Shown here: positions 1 through 9,445 of the stretch, in pieces
How the letters are laid out: each line of letters begins with the position of its first letter
Position numbering within the stretch: position 1 is the stretch's first letter
NCBI GenBank assembly: GCA_964344185.1
Contig: CAYFMN010000009.1
Location: 19,023-83,022, forward strand
Length of the DNA: 64,000 bases
Direction: 5' to 3'
Source of the DNA: an uncultured Nitrospinota bacterium
GTDB lineage: Bacteria; Nitrospinota; Nitrospinia; Nitrospinales; JAJDAT01
Notes under the pieces: model-generated
Told to the model about the DNA's origin: nothing
Databases searched by the model: none
Seen by the model: only the letters and a program-made list of their open reading frames with translations
Program-made: the position numbers and the translations under genes

Positions 1-74
1 TAAAATATCTTCCAATTTCGAAATTTTAACAGCCGATTACGGATTCGTAATTAAAAAATAAACTCACAAGTTTT

Positions 75-1181
75 TTGCTTATGAAAAGACCGAAGGAAAT
101 CCCTTTACATATAGTCGATAATTGCGAACTTTTTGACGAATTATCTCCTCAATCCATTGAGAATTTAAAAAAATGGGTAGAGATGGAAAAGTTTGACAAA
201 GATGAAACTATTATGAGAGAGGGAGACAGGGGCGATAAATTATATATTGTGGCTGAAGGCAGCGTTGAAGTTTTTCAGAAATTAGATTTCCATATAAACC
301 GGAAAATTCGGGAACTAAAGCAAGGCGAATATTTTGGAGAGCTGGCCCTATTAAGCTCTGAAAACATTCGATCAGCATCGGTAAAAGCATTGCATGCCCC
401 TACAGTTTGCTTAACCTTGAGTTTGACAAATTTTGAGTCCTTAATAAGATCGGACCCTGACATTGCTCTGAAAATGAGCCATAAGTTTTGCGAGCGCGAT
501 CATGACAACCTACAACTTTTAAAATCCGATTTAGGAAACGCTTTTAAATCTATCATTGAAGCGCTAGGAGCTATTGCAGAATATAAAGACCCTGAAACAG
601 GACATCATCTAAATCGCGTTAGCGCATTTACTAGAGAACTTGCGACAGCTCTTAAAGGAAAAACCGGCTTTGAGTTTATAAACGAACATTTTATTGAACT
701 TATCGAGCTTTCCAGCCCCTTGCACGATATTGGTAAAGTGGGAGTCCCTGATAATATTCTATTAAAACCAGGTAAATTAACTCCCGATGAATGGAAAATA
801 ATGAAGCAGCACACCGTTTTTGGAGCGCAAGCAATCAAGAAGATTTTAAAAAATTTCAGCTATCCAGAATTTTTAGAAATGGGACATAACATTGCTCTTT
901 ATCATCAAGAATTTTGGGACGGCAGGGGCTACCCTGAAGGACTTTCAGGAGACGATATTCCCGCTGAAGCTCGTATCATGGCGGTAGCGGATGTATATGA
1001 CGCGCTTCGTTCTAAAAGGCCTTATAAAAAGCCTTTAGAGCATGAAATAGTCAAAAAAGTCATCGTCCAAAGCCGGGGGACCCATTTCGACCCAAGAATT
1101 GTGGACGTCTTCCTCGAACTGGAAACCAAATTTGAAAAAATATTTGACGACTTGAGCGAAAGCCCAGTTGAGGAAGAATAA
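75..1181 (+). CDS. cyclic nucleotide-binding (CNB) domain fused to HD-GYP phosphodiesterase domain
   Basis: 368-aa ORF. N-terminal CNB motifs (GEYFGELALL..RSASV). C-terminal HHLNRV..HDIGKVGVPD..GRGYPEGL..DVYDAL block typical of HD-GYP. TTG at 75 or ATG at 81 could be the start. Confidence 0.85.
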   Translation: MLMKRPKEIPLHIVDNCELFDELSPQSIENLKKWVEMEKFDKDETIMREGDRGDKLYIVAEGSVEVFQKLDFHINRKIRELKQGEYFGELALLSSENIRSASVKALHAPTVCLTLSLTNFESLIRSDPDIALKMSHKFCERDHDNLQLLKSDLGNAFKSIIEALGAIAEYKDPETGHHLNRVSAFTRELATALKGKTGFEFINEHFIELIELSSPLHDIGKVGVPDNILLKPGKLTPDEWKIMKQHTVFGAQAIKKILKNFSYPEFLEMGHNIALYHQEFWDGRGYPEGLSGDDIPAEARIMAVADVYDALRSKRPYKKPLEHEIVKKVIVQSRGTHFDPRIVDVFLELETKFEKIFDDLSESPVEEE

Positions 1182-1279
1182 TCACCAATTTGATTTTTAC
1201 CTTTCAAAGTTTGCTATCGGCAAACTGATAAAATAATCTAAAAATTAATTAAGTATTTCGTTTCAAAGGAAAATGCATC

Positions 1280-1714
1280 ATGGCCAAAAAACCATTTATC
1301 AACAAATATGGTTTCGTTGAATACCCATTTCTGCACGATAACCGCAAATCTAAAAACTGGTGGTTTTATAATTTGCTGGAAGACCATCTAAAACGAAGAG
1401 CAAAACAAACTTATGGTCTCGGCTATACCCGAGAGCATATGGAAGATGATTTTAAAAAAATATTAGGAACTACTAAAATCAAAGTTTTCGCGATTGTCCC
1501 GTCTGGAATGGGTATGGTTTTTCCTTTAATTGGAAAATTTGAAACCAAAGATATAATAGAAATTGAAGATCCTGTCCCCTGGTTAGAAGAAAAGTTTGGC
1601 GGAAGTAAATATAAAGTAAATATCTACCATGAAGGTACTTTTGCCGGAACAGAAAACTACAAAACCCATGGGGAGCCTAAGTGGGAAGAAATAGAAGACG
1701 ACGAACTCACCTGA
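1280..1714 (+). CDS. hypothetical protein (144 aa)
   Basis: Clean ORF with an SD-like AAGGA upstream of the ATG. No motif recognised. Confidence 0.5.
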   Translation: MAKKPFINKYGFVEYPFLHDNRKSKNWWFYNLLEDHLKRRAKQTYGLGYTREHMEDDFKKILGTTKIKVFAIVPSGMGMVFPLIGKFETKDIIEIEDPVPWLEEKFGGSKYKVNIYHEGTFAGTENYKTHGEPKWEEIEDDELT

Positions 1715-1847
1715 TACAGACGACCTCTAAAAATTCTAAAAACTTAGAAAGCCTAAAACTTTATAAAGCGCTCTCTTTTAAATAGGTAAAAAGATCAAAT
1801 CCATAAAAAAAATAAACGTCTATTTTTTTTCTTTAATAACGCTTATT

Positions 1848-3638
1848 TTGATTATCGAAGTATCGGTCCGAATTATTGCCCCTCAACCAATCTTCGAAAA
1901 TCATACGACTTCTTATTTTGGCCTTCCCACTGCGTTTCGAGCCAACTTAGAAACCGACAAAGTATTTCAGGGTTTCCCTTATCGCATAAAGACAGACAAT
2001 CGCCGCCTTCGAAGCCACCGACGACATTCTTATAAAAAGCCAAAGGAAGTTTTTAGAGTTTTATGTATCGGAGGCTCAATATTTGCCGCTTCCGGCGTGA
2101 ATAACGACGAGACTTTTGCGTATTTCTTAAACGAAGAATTTGAAAAAGAATTTCCCAACAAAAAATTTGAAGTTATTAACGCTGGTAAAAACTTATGGGA
2201 ATTGGCCGAATTCGATACTTTCTTTTCAAATGAGGGTTACAAATACGAACCAGATTTAACGATCGTCTATTTTCATAGCGGTGAAATATCAACTATGAAT
2301 TTTTCAAAAATTGAATTTGATTCTATTAAATTTAATAGGCTCTCCAAAAATCAGGTTCAATTAGAACTACAAGGATTAGAATTCAAGCAAAATTTAAGTA
2401 CGTTATACGTTAAAGCTTTAAATTACATTCAAAGAATTCCCTTTTATGACGACCTTTTCCCGATTTCTCACCTAATAAGGCTTTTTGAAAAACATTTTAG
2501 AAAAAACTTAATTCGCGAAAAAACACATACCGGTAAAACGCCTAAAAAAAACTTAGGACATGAAATGCAATCATGGAGTTGGAAACAAAGCGATTTAATA
2601 AGCTGGAAAACTGACTATGGAGAAATAATCAACTCTTCGTTTAGACAAAAAGAAGCAACCATTTATAGTATTGGTTTAAAAAAATTCGCCGATTTGCTTA
2701 ATAAAAATGGATCAAAGCTTTTGTTTTTAGCCATCCCTTCGCCAAAGGAAATTTTGAAGTTAGAAAATTATTCAATAGATTTCAAACCTTTTCAATTTGG
2801 CTATAAGAATAATATCATCTGGCTAGATTTATTAAAGCCGCTTATGAAAATTCAATATGAAAGCCTTATTCCGTTGCACTATCCCAACGTCATTCACTGG
2901 ACGCCCGCAGGACACTTAATAGCGGCTAAATTAACTCTTAACAAAATTATAGAGAAAGAAATTTTCCCATTTTTAAATAGCAAACTCAGAAGCCAACCAA
3001 TTGAAACAAATCAAAAATTGCTTCAATCTTTTTTAAACGCGAATCAAAGGATATCTACTCAATTAGAAACTCAAGGCTATTCGGACTTTGTTAGAGGAGT
3101 CGTTTATATAAACTTGAACCAACTAAATCTTGCGGAAAAATCTCTCAAAACAAGTTTAGATAAATCATTTAACGTTAAAAATACTTTGTGGCAACTTGGC
3201 AGGGTTTATTTTTTTAAAAAAGATTTTACAAACGCCATAAACTTTATGCAAAAAGCCATTGATAACGGTTTGGAGGCTACCGACACAGTTTATACTTTGA
3301 TGGCAAAATCCTTTTTCAATTCCAAAAATTTTAGTAACGCCAACTTAAACTTTAAAAGAGCCATTGACTTTTTTCCAAGTAACTACATTAATTATTTAAA
3401 TTATGGAAAGGCGTTATTTTTTCAAAGTAGGTTTAGCGAAGCGTTGAATGCTTTCGAACAGGCTAACAAGCTATTCCCTAAAAATGTAGACGCTCTTTTG
3501 GGCATTGGAAGCTCATTACTTAGGATTGAAAAAAATGAAAGAGCTTTCAAAGTTTTTCAAGAGGTTTTAGAAATAGATCCTAAAAATATTCCGGCGCAAA
3601 AGGGTTTAGATTATCTAAAAACAAAAAAGGCGCGCTAA
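1848..3638 (+). CDS. SGNH/GDSL-like hydrolase domain plus C-terminal TPR repeats, probably membrane-anchored
   Basis: 596-aa ORF. VLCIGGSIF block resembles SGNH block I. The C-terminal third has TPR-like 34-aa units (ALNAFEQANKLFPKNVDALLGIG.., AFKVFQEVLEIDPKN). The frame stays open back to 1782 and encodes a TM-like segment there (see finding). Confidence 0.6.
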   Translation: MIIEVSVRIIAPQPIFENHTTSYFGLPTAFRANLETDKVFQGFPYRIKTDNRRLRSHRRHSYKKPKEVFRVLCIGGSIFAASGVNNDETFAYFLNEEFEKEFPNKKFEVINAGKNLWELAEFDTFFSNEGYKYEPDLTIVYFHSGEISTMNFSKIEFDSIKFNRLSKNQVQLELQGLEFKQNLSTLYVKALNYIQRIPFYDDLFPISHLIRLFEKHFRKNLIREKTHTGKTPKKNLGHEMQSWSWKQSDLISWKTDYGEIINSSFRQKEATIYSIGLKKFADLLNKNGSKLLFLAIPSPKEILKLENYSIDFKPFQFGYKNNIIWLDLLKPLMKIQYESLIPLHYPNVIHWTPAGHLIAAKLTLNKIIEKEIFPFLNSKLRSQPIETNQKLLQSFLNANQRISTQLETQGYSDFVRGVVYINLNQLNLAEKSLKTSLDKSFNVKNTLWQLGRVYFFKKDFTNAINFMQKAIDNGLEATDTVYTLMAKSFFNSKNFSNANLNFKRAIDFFPSNYINYLNYGKALFFQSRFSEALNAFEQANKLFPKNVDALLGIGSSLLRIEKNERAFKVFQEVLEIDPKNIPAQKGLDYLKTKKAR

Positions 3639-3656
3639 CTCTACGGCTAGCGCGCC
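3623..3656 (-). terminator. hairpin GGCGCGCTA/TAGCGCGCC followed by a T-run on the minus strand
   Basis: 9-bp perfect stem at 3629-3637 / 3648-3656, with the A6 run at 3623-3628 (T6 on the minus strand). It overlaps the stop codon of the plus-strand gene and lies 365 nt downstream of the minus-strand DASS gene. Confidence 0.5.
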
Positions 3657-4020
3657 TACAAACCCCAATTTTATTTTTGGCGTTCACTCATAATAATGAG
3701 CTAATTAATATTATTAAGTTTTACATCCAGCGTCACTAGATGTCTGGCGGACTCAAACTCATAACAAGCCCCTCCAAAAAAGTTAATAAATAAAAACCTT
3801 GAAAACGATATTTTATTTACCTTCCTATTTAAAAATTAATAATATTTGTTTAATGAAGAAAGAGATTTATAAGGTGGATTAATCATTTTATTGACCCTCC
3901 CTCTCGTAATAAATCATGTTATTAATATGATCCCTTGTCGCTAAAAATCAAGAGGTGCAATTAATTTTTTTATTAATTTAGAAAATAGTTTTTATCTTTT
4001 TTTTGAATATAAAAAGAACT

Positions 4021-5559
4021 TTAATCAAATACCAGTGGTAGCCAGATAATCGTGAATAATGTGGTAATAATCGCTCCAATCATATTTATGAAAACGCCTA
4101 CTTTTGCCATTTTTGAAATTTTTATCCAGCCTGAACCAAAAACAATCGCATTAGGCGGAGTTGCAACGGGCAACATAAATGCAAAGGAAGAGGCCAAAGC
4201 CGCTGGAAACATTAAATAAGCAGGATCAATATTGCCTTTTAAGCTCAATCCGCCAAGGACTGGTAAAATCATTGTCGATGTCGCCGTGTTGGAAGTCAGT
4301 TCAGTTAAAAAAGTAACCCAGAAGCAAACGATAAAAATAATTGCCCAAACAGGCAACTCAAAAACGTTTGAAAGTTGTCCTCCAATCCACTGATCAAGTC
4401 CCGTCTTTCCAAAACCTGCGGCCAAAGCAAAACCTCCTCCAAATAAAAGAAGAATCCCCCAAGGCATTTTTGTTTCTATCGTTTTCCAATCAAGCGTATA
4501 AAGTTCTTTGCCCGAGTTGGATTTAATCTCATCCAATAAGTTTAAGGGAACACAAAAAAGAATAAGAGCCATTGCCATGGCAACAGTGGAGTCTTGAATT
4601 AGATTGGGGTCGGCGAACCATTCCGACCAACCCGGAATCGTCCACCCAAAAATTTTCAATGGTTTTCTAAATATCCACAACGCTACGGTGATTCCAAAAA
4701 CCCAAGCGACAAATTTTTCTTCTCTTGTAAACGGGCCTAAGGAGCTAATTTGCCCGGATATCAGACTTCTCGAAAATTTAAACTGAATTTGTTTTAATGG
4801 AATATCCGAACCGTAACGACATAAAAATATCCAAACGAAAAAAACAAAAATTAAAGATAATGGCAACGCAAACACCATCCACTGCCCAAATGGAATTTCA
4901 GCGGCTCCCTGCGAATAATTTTGAAACAATCCAGCTAAAACAACGTTAGGAGGGGTCCCAATCAGCGTAGATATGCCTCCAATGCTTGCGGCATAAGCAA
5001 TGCTCAGCATTAGGGCGCAGCCCAAATTAGTTTCTATAGTTGTTGAGTTTTTGTCATCTTTTCCCGCATAGGCAGCTCCTTTAGATAACTCTTTTACAAC
5101 CGCTATTCCAACAGGCAACATCATTAAAACCGTAGCGGTATTTGATATCCACATGGAGAGAAAACCCGTGGCTAACATAAATCCTAAAATAGTTCGTTCT
5201 GGGTTGCTACCTATCGCCAGAATAATGTTAAGCGCAATGCGTTTGTGAAGTCCCCATTTTTCCATTGCTAACGCAATGGAAAACCCTCCAAAAAAAAGGA
5301 ACACTAAGTGGTTCGTATAATTAGGTGCGATTTCTTTTGCCGGCATAATTCCCAAAAGAGGAAACAAAACTAACGGAATTAAAGCTGTAACAGGAATGGG
5401 TACGGCTTCGCCGACCCACCAAATGGCCATCAAAGAGACAACGGCGGCTAGCTTATGAGCCGAAGGCGGCATTTCCATTGGAACTAACAAAACGGCAAAG
5501 AAAGTAATCAAGCCTAAAAAAAAGGAGGAGTATTTTATTTTAAGGCGTTTGGGAATCAA
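4021..5559 (-). CDS. DASS/SLC13-family sodium-coupled di/tricarboxylate or anion symporter
   Basis: 512-aa polytopic protein with the two hallmark hairpin motifs GTPPNVV and ATPPNAIVF. It lies directly downstream of the sdh/frd genes with no obvious terminator between. Confidence 0.85.
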   Translation of the reverse strand: MIPKRLKIKYSSFFLGLITFFAVLLVPMEMPPSAHKLAAVVSLMAIWWVGEAVPIPVTALIPLVLFPLLGIMPAKEIAPNYTNHLVFLFFGGFSIALAMEKWGLHKRIALNIILAIGSNPERTILGFMLATGFLSMWISNTATVLMMLPVGIAVVKELSKGAAYAGKDDKNSTTIETNLGCALMLSIAYAASIGGISTLIGTPPNVVLAGLFQNYSQGAAEIPFGQWMVFALPLSLIFVFFVWIFLCRYGSDIPLKQIQFKFSRSLISGQISSLGPFTREEKFVAWVFGITVALWIFRKPLKIFGWTIPGWSEWFADPNLIQDSTVAMAMALILFCVPLNLLDEIKSNSGKELYTLDWKTIETKMPWGILLLFGGGFALAAGFGKTGLDQWIGGQLSNVFELPVWAIIFIVCFWVTFLTELTSNTATSTMILPVLGGLSLKGNIDPAYLMFPAALASSFAFMLPVATPPNAIVFGSGWIKISKMAKVGVFINMIGAIITTLFTIIWLPLVFD

Positions 5560-5667
5560 TCTTAAGGATCGGATAAATTAGCAAAGGTTGGTTCGTGTCA
5601 TAAGAATAGTAACACGAATAGCTAATTCCAGAGCCGACCCTATATAAAAGGAAAGTATATTTTTTTA

Positions 5668-6546
5668 TTACGCAGTTACTTTATCCATTATTCTTTCTGC
5701 GCCGACGATATGCTTGTGCATATCAAGATCCTTTGCAGAGTGTCCTAACGCAAGCGAGATTAATTGCGGTAGATGCAAGATTGGAATATCATAACCTTTT
5801 TCCTTGAGTTTGCGGATTTCCGGTTGGTAAGCGTCCAAGTTCAAATGACATAATGGACAGCCTGTCACTACAACATCAGCTCCGCTCTGAATGGCGTCTA
5901 ACAATGCGTTGCCCGACATATCCAAAGAAGCCGTTTTATTCATCATAATAATTGGAAAACCGCAACACTTAACTCTACTTTCATAATATACGGGCGTGGC
6001 GCCCAGAGCTTCAAAAATATCTTCCATTCCGTGTGGATCATCAGGGTTCTCAAAATCAGACAAATCAGAAGGTCGTAGAATATAGCACCCATAAAATGCG
6101 GCTACTTTAAGACCTTTAAGCGGCTTTTTGACCTTAGATCTTAAAAGCTCCAACCCTTCCGGGGTCGATAAAATATGGGCAAAATGTTTGATATTGATTT
6201 TGCCGCCCTGATATTGGTGACCGCCGTCTTTTAAAACGCCGTTAATTTTGTTTTTGTAATCGGAATCAGAATCGATCTTACATTCGGATTTTTTTAGATT
6301 ACCTTGACAGGTTGAGCAAATTGTAATCATGTCCAACCCTTGCTCTTCTGCAATAGCAAAATTTCTTGCATTTAGAGCGTCGTTTAGAATTGGGCTTTTT
6401 TCCGAAACAACGCCTGCTCCACAACAGGAAGCGCTCTTCATTTCAACAAAGTCAATCCCAAGCCCATCGGCGGCTTTCATCGTAGATATCATCAATTCCC
6501 GGGTAGCGCCTTTGGCTACACAACCGGTGAACAAGGCAAACTTCAT
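5668..6546 (-). CDS. succinate dehydrogenase/fumarate reductase cysteine-rich subunit (HdrB-like, two CCG domains; type E SdhE/SdhC)
   Basis: 292 aa with two CCG motifs (SASCCGAG, VKCCGFP). Its start overlaps the stop of the Fe-S subunit gene (ATGA overlap at 6543-6546). Confidence 0.8.
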   Translation of the reverse strand: MKFALFTGCVAKGATRELMISTMKAADGLGIDFVEMKSASCCGAGVVSEKSPILNDALNARNFAIAEEQGLDMITICSTCQGNLKKSECKIDSDSDYKNKINGVLKDGGHQYQGGKINIKHFAHILSTPEGLELLRSKVKKPLKGLKVAAFYGCYILRPSDLSDFENPDDPHGMEDIFEALGATPVYYESRVKCCGFPIIMMNKTASLDMSGNALLDAIQSGADVVVTGCPLCHLNLDAYQPEIRKLKEKGYDIPILHLPQLISLALGHSAKDLDMHKHIVGAERIMDKVTA

Positions 6547-7484
6547 TCTCCTAACTCCCTATAAATTCGCTTAACGTCGTCGGATTCTTTTATTGATCTA
6601 TGAAGGATTGGCGGAGTTTTGCCTTTCAACAACATCCTGATGCCAATCGGAATAAGTTCTAAAAGACCTTTTATATTAAAAAAACCTATTGATTCGACGG
6701 GTAGTTGATTCTCATTTAATCGCCCGCTATGCTTAACGGACTTAGCAAAAGACAAGGCATGCCTTGCCCCATTATTATTATGAACGCCCTTTTCTAAGGC
6801 CGTTGCCATAATCTCTTTGATGCGATAAAAAGGTTGCGCCGGTTTGGGACAGCGTTCGACACATTCAGCGCAATGAGTGCAATCCCAAATACCTCCATAT
6901 TCGCTTAACTCTTTTACTCTCTCTGTAGTCGCTTTATCCCGAGAGTCGTTTACAAATCTTTGGGCTTTAGCTAAAGCCGCAGGTCCCAAAAAGTTATCGT
7001 CCACCTCCAAAACATTACAATCAGAATAACAAGCGCCACACATAATACAAGTACTGGCATCGTCGATTAATCTAAATTCTTCTGGCGATTGAGTCCGCTC
7101 TTTTTTGGGCGCTGGGGTGTCGTTATGTAAATATGGTTTAACTTTATCAATTTTGTCCCAAAACGGCTTGAAGTCGACAACCAAATCCTTAATAGGCTTC
7201 ATATTACCTAAAGGCTCAATTGTAACTGTATCGTTTTTATCTGCGACATGTTCAGCCTGACGTTGGCAGGCTAAAATAGCGTGTCCATTGGCTTTGATAG
7301 CGCAAGAACCACAAATTGCGCTACGGCACGACATTCGATAAGACAAACTGCCATCTTGAGTCCATTTAATATCGTTTAAGCAATCCAAGACAGTTACGCC
7401 TTCCGTCGCATCGACTTTAAACTCTTCAAAGTAAGGCTCGGGTTGCTTCTCCGGATTATATCTTTTGATCCTAAATGTAGTCAT
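6543..7484 (-). CDS. sdhB: succinate dehydrogenase/fumarate reductase iron-sulfur subunit
   Basis: 313 aa. 2Fe-2S motif CRSAICGSCA and 4Fe-4S/3Fe-4S motifs CIMCGACYSDC and CTHCAECVERCP. C-terminal extension of about 70 aa. Confidence 0.9.
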   Translation of the reverse strand: MTTFRIKRYNPEKQPEPYFEEFKVDATEGVTVLDCLNDIKWTQDGSLSYRMSCRSAICGSCAIKANGHAILACQRQAEHVADKNDTVTIEPLGNMKPIKDLVVDFKPFWDKIDKVKPYLHNDTPAPKKERTQSPEEFRLIDDASTCIMCGACYSDCNVLEVDDNFLGPAALAKAQRFVNDSRDKATTERVKELSEYGGIWDCTHCAECVERCPKPAQPFYRIKEIMATALEKGVHNNNGARHALSFAKSVKHSGRLNENQLPVESIGFFNIKGLLELIPIGIRMLLKGKTPPILHRSIKESDDVKRIYRELGE

Positions 7485-9208
7485 TAATAGGTTCTTTCTT
7501 TTGGTTGGTATTTGGTAATGACAACAGGTTTATATTTAATATCAATAGAATCGCCTTCTGTTTTATAAAGCATGGAATGCTTTAAAAAGTTTTCATCGTC
7601 CCTCTTATCAAAATCAGTTCGAAAATGACCTCCTCGCGATTCTTTTCTATTCAACGCAGCAGTAGAAATAATCTCGGCCATTTTTAGCATGTTGCCTAAC
7701 TCAAGGATTTCATAAATCTCGGTATTAAATAATTTACCTTTATCAGTAACTTTTCCTTTTTTATAACGCACTTGCAGCTTTTTCAGAGTTTCGACACATT
7801 CTTTTAAACGATCTTCATCACGAAAAACACCGCAGTTAGCCATCATGATTTCTTTCATTTCGTTACGAATGTTATTATAGCTTTCAGTTCCATCACTCTG
7901 ATAAACTTCTTCAATTATTTTAAGAACTTTAGTCTTTTGATGGCTTTCGTTGATTTTTTCAAATCCAATTTTCCTTGCATACTCTAAAGCCGCCTTACCA
8001 GCTCTCTCGCCAAACACGACTGCCTCTAATAGAGAATTTGTACCAAGTCGATTGCCGCCATGAACCGAAACGCAAGCGCACTCGCCTGCCGCAAAAAACC
8101 CAGGCATGTGAGTACCCTCGGCGTCTACAATTACTTGGCCATAAATGTCGGTTGGAATACCCCCCATAGAATAATGAGCGGTTGGCTGAATCGGTAATGG
8201 ATCTTTGATGCAATCTACACCGATAAAATCTATGCCTAGTTGCCGTATTTGAGGAAGCCTTTCCATAATACGAGCTTCTCCCAAATGCGTAAGATCTAAA
8301 TTAATGAAACCTTCTCCAGGCCCTTTTCCCCCACCACCTCTACCAGCGTCAATTTCGCTCTGCTCAGCGCGAGCGACAATATCTCTTGGGGCTAACTCCA
8401 TACGTGATGGCGCATATTTTTCCATGAAACGCTCGCCATTTCCATTTACTAAATAACCGCCCTCTCCACGCGCTGCCTCGGAAAATAAAATTCCTTGCCG
8501 ATACAACCCCGATGGATGAAATTGAACAAACTCAGCATCTTCAATAGGTATACCTGCGTTATAAGCGGCAATAGCGCCGTCTGCCGTGCTGGCAAATGCG
8601 TTTGAAGTAATTTTAAATACTCGACCGTATCCCCCTGTCGCAAAAATAACGGCTTTACCTTGAATAACTTCGACTTCTCCAGTTCGAATATTACTAACGA
8701 CAATTCCTTTACACTGCCCATCTTCTATAATTAATGAATGCATACTCCATTCGGAATAAATCTTAATGGATTTGCTCTCCTTTAATATTTGCTCATGCAG
8801 GGCATGCAATACAGCATGGCCAGTGCGATCTGCGGAAAAACAAGCTCTAGGCTTTGAATGCCCGCCAAAGCTTCTTTGCGCAATTTTCCCATCAGACGTT
8901 CGACTAAAAACACACCCCATTCGTTCTAATTCGTAGATAATCCGTGGAGCCGCTTTAACGTATTCTTCAACTGCGTCTTGATCGTTTAAGTAGTCTCCGC
9001 CCTTGACCGTATCAAACATATGCTCTTCCCAACTATCGCTTTCAACATTACCCAAACTTGCGGCAATTCCACCCTGCGCCGCTCCAGAATGGGATCTGGT
9101 GGGGTACACTTTGCTTAATACGGCAACGTCTAGTTCTTTACAAACTTCCAACGCCGCTCTCATTCCAGCCAAACCAGAACCAACGATCACTACGTCATGC
9201 TTTATCAT
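7484..9208 (-). CDS. sdhA: succinate dehydrogenase/fumarate reductase flavoprotein subunit
   Basis: 574 aa. N-terminal FAD fold [15 protein letters not shown], covalent-FAD region [10 protein letters not shown], and HPSG and RGEGG motifs. Confidence 0.95.
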   Translation of the reverse strand: MIKHDVVIVGSGLAGMRAALEVCKELDVAVLSKVYPTRSHSGAAQGGIAASLGNVESDSWEEHMFDTVKGGDYLNDQDAVEEYVKAAPRIIYELERMGCVFSRTSDGKIAQRSFGGHSKPRACFSADRTGHAVLHALHEQILKESKSIKIYSEWSMHSLIIEDGQCKGIVVSNIRTGEVEVIQGKAVIFATGGYGRVFKITSNAFASTADGAIAAYNAGIPIEDAEFVQFHPSGLYRQGILFSEAARGEGGYLVNGNGERFMEKYAPSRMELAPRDIVARAEQSEIDAGRGGGGKGPGEGFINLDLTHLGEARIMERLPQIRQLGIDFIGVDCIKDPLPIQPTAHYSMGGIPTDIYGQVIVDAEGTHMPGFFAAGECACVSVHGGNRLGTNSLLEAVVFGERAGKAALEYARKIGFEKINESHQKTKVLKIIEEVYQSDGTESYNNIRNEMKEIMMANCGVFRDEDRLKECVETLKKLQVRYKKGKVTDKGKLFNTEIYEILELGNMLKMAEIISTAALNRKESRGGHFRTDFDKRDDENFLKHSMLYKTEGDSIDIKYKPVVITKYQPKERTY

Positions 9209-9445
9209 TTTAAATTCTAAACCTTACAAAAAAGCTTTTAACCGCCCAACAAATCAACCTTATTCGAGGGGCGTTTATAATCAAAAAAGTGCCATTCAAC
9301 CATTTATCGTCCTTTCCGTCAATAAAAATAAAGAATTGAACTTGCAAACCTTTGTAAACATTTTTAGAATACATTCGTTATTTAAGGACTAAAATCAAAT
9401 GCTTCTAAAAAGCACACCAAATCTTCTTTATACTAGTCTTCTGTT

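Noticed and set aside
9277-9295. Sigma-54-like TGGCAC on the minus strand upstream of sdhA (TGGCACTTTTTTGAT)
   Set aside because: The -12 element is TTGA with the wrong spacing: GG-N10 is followed by AT, not GC. Sigma-54 promoters do not tolerate spacing changes.
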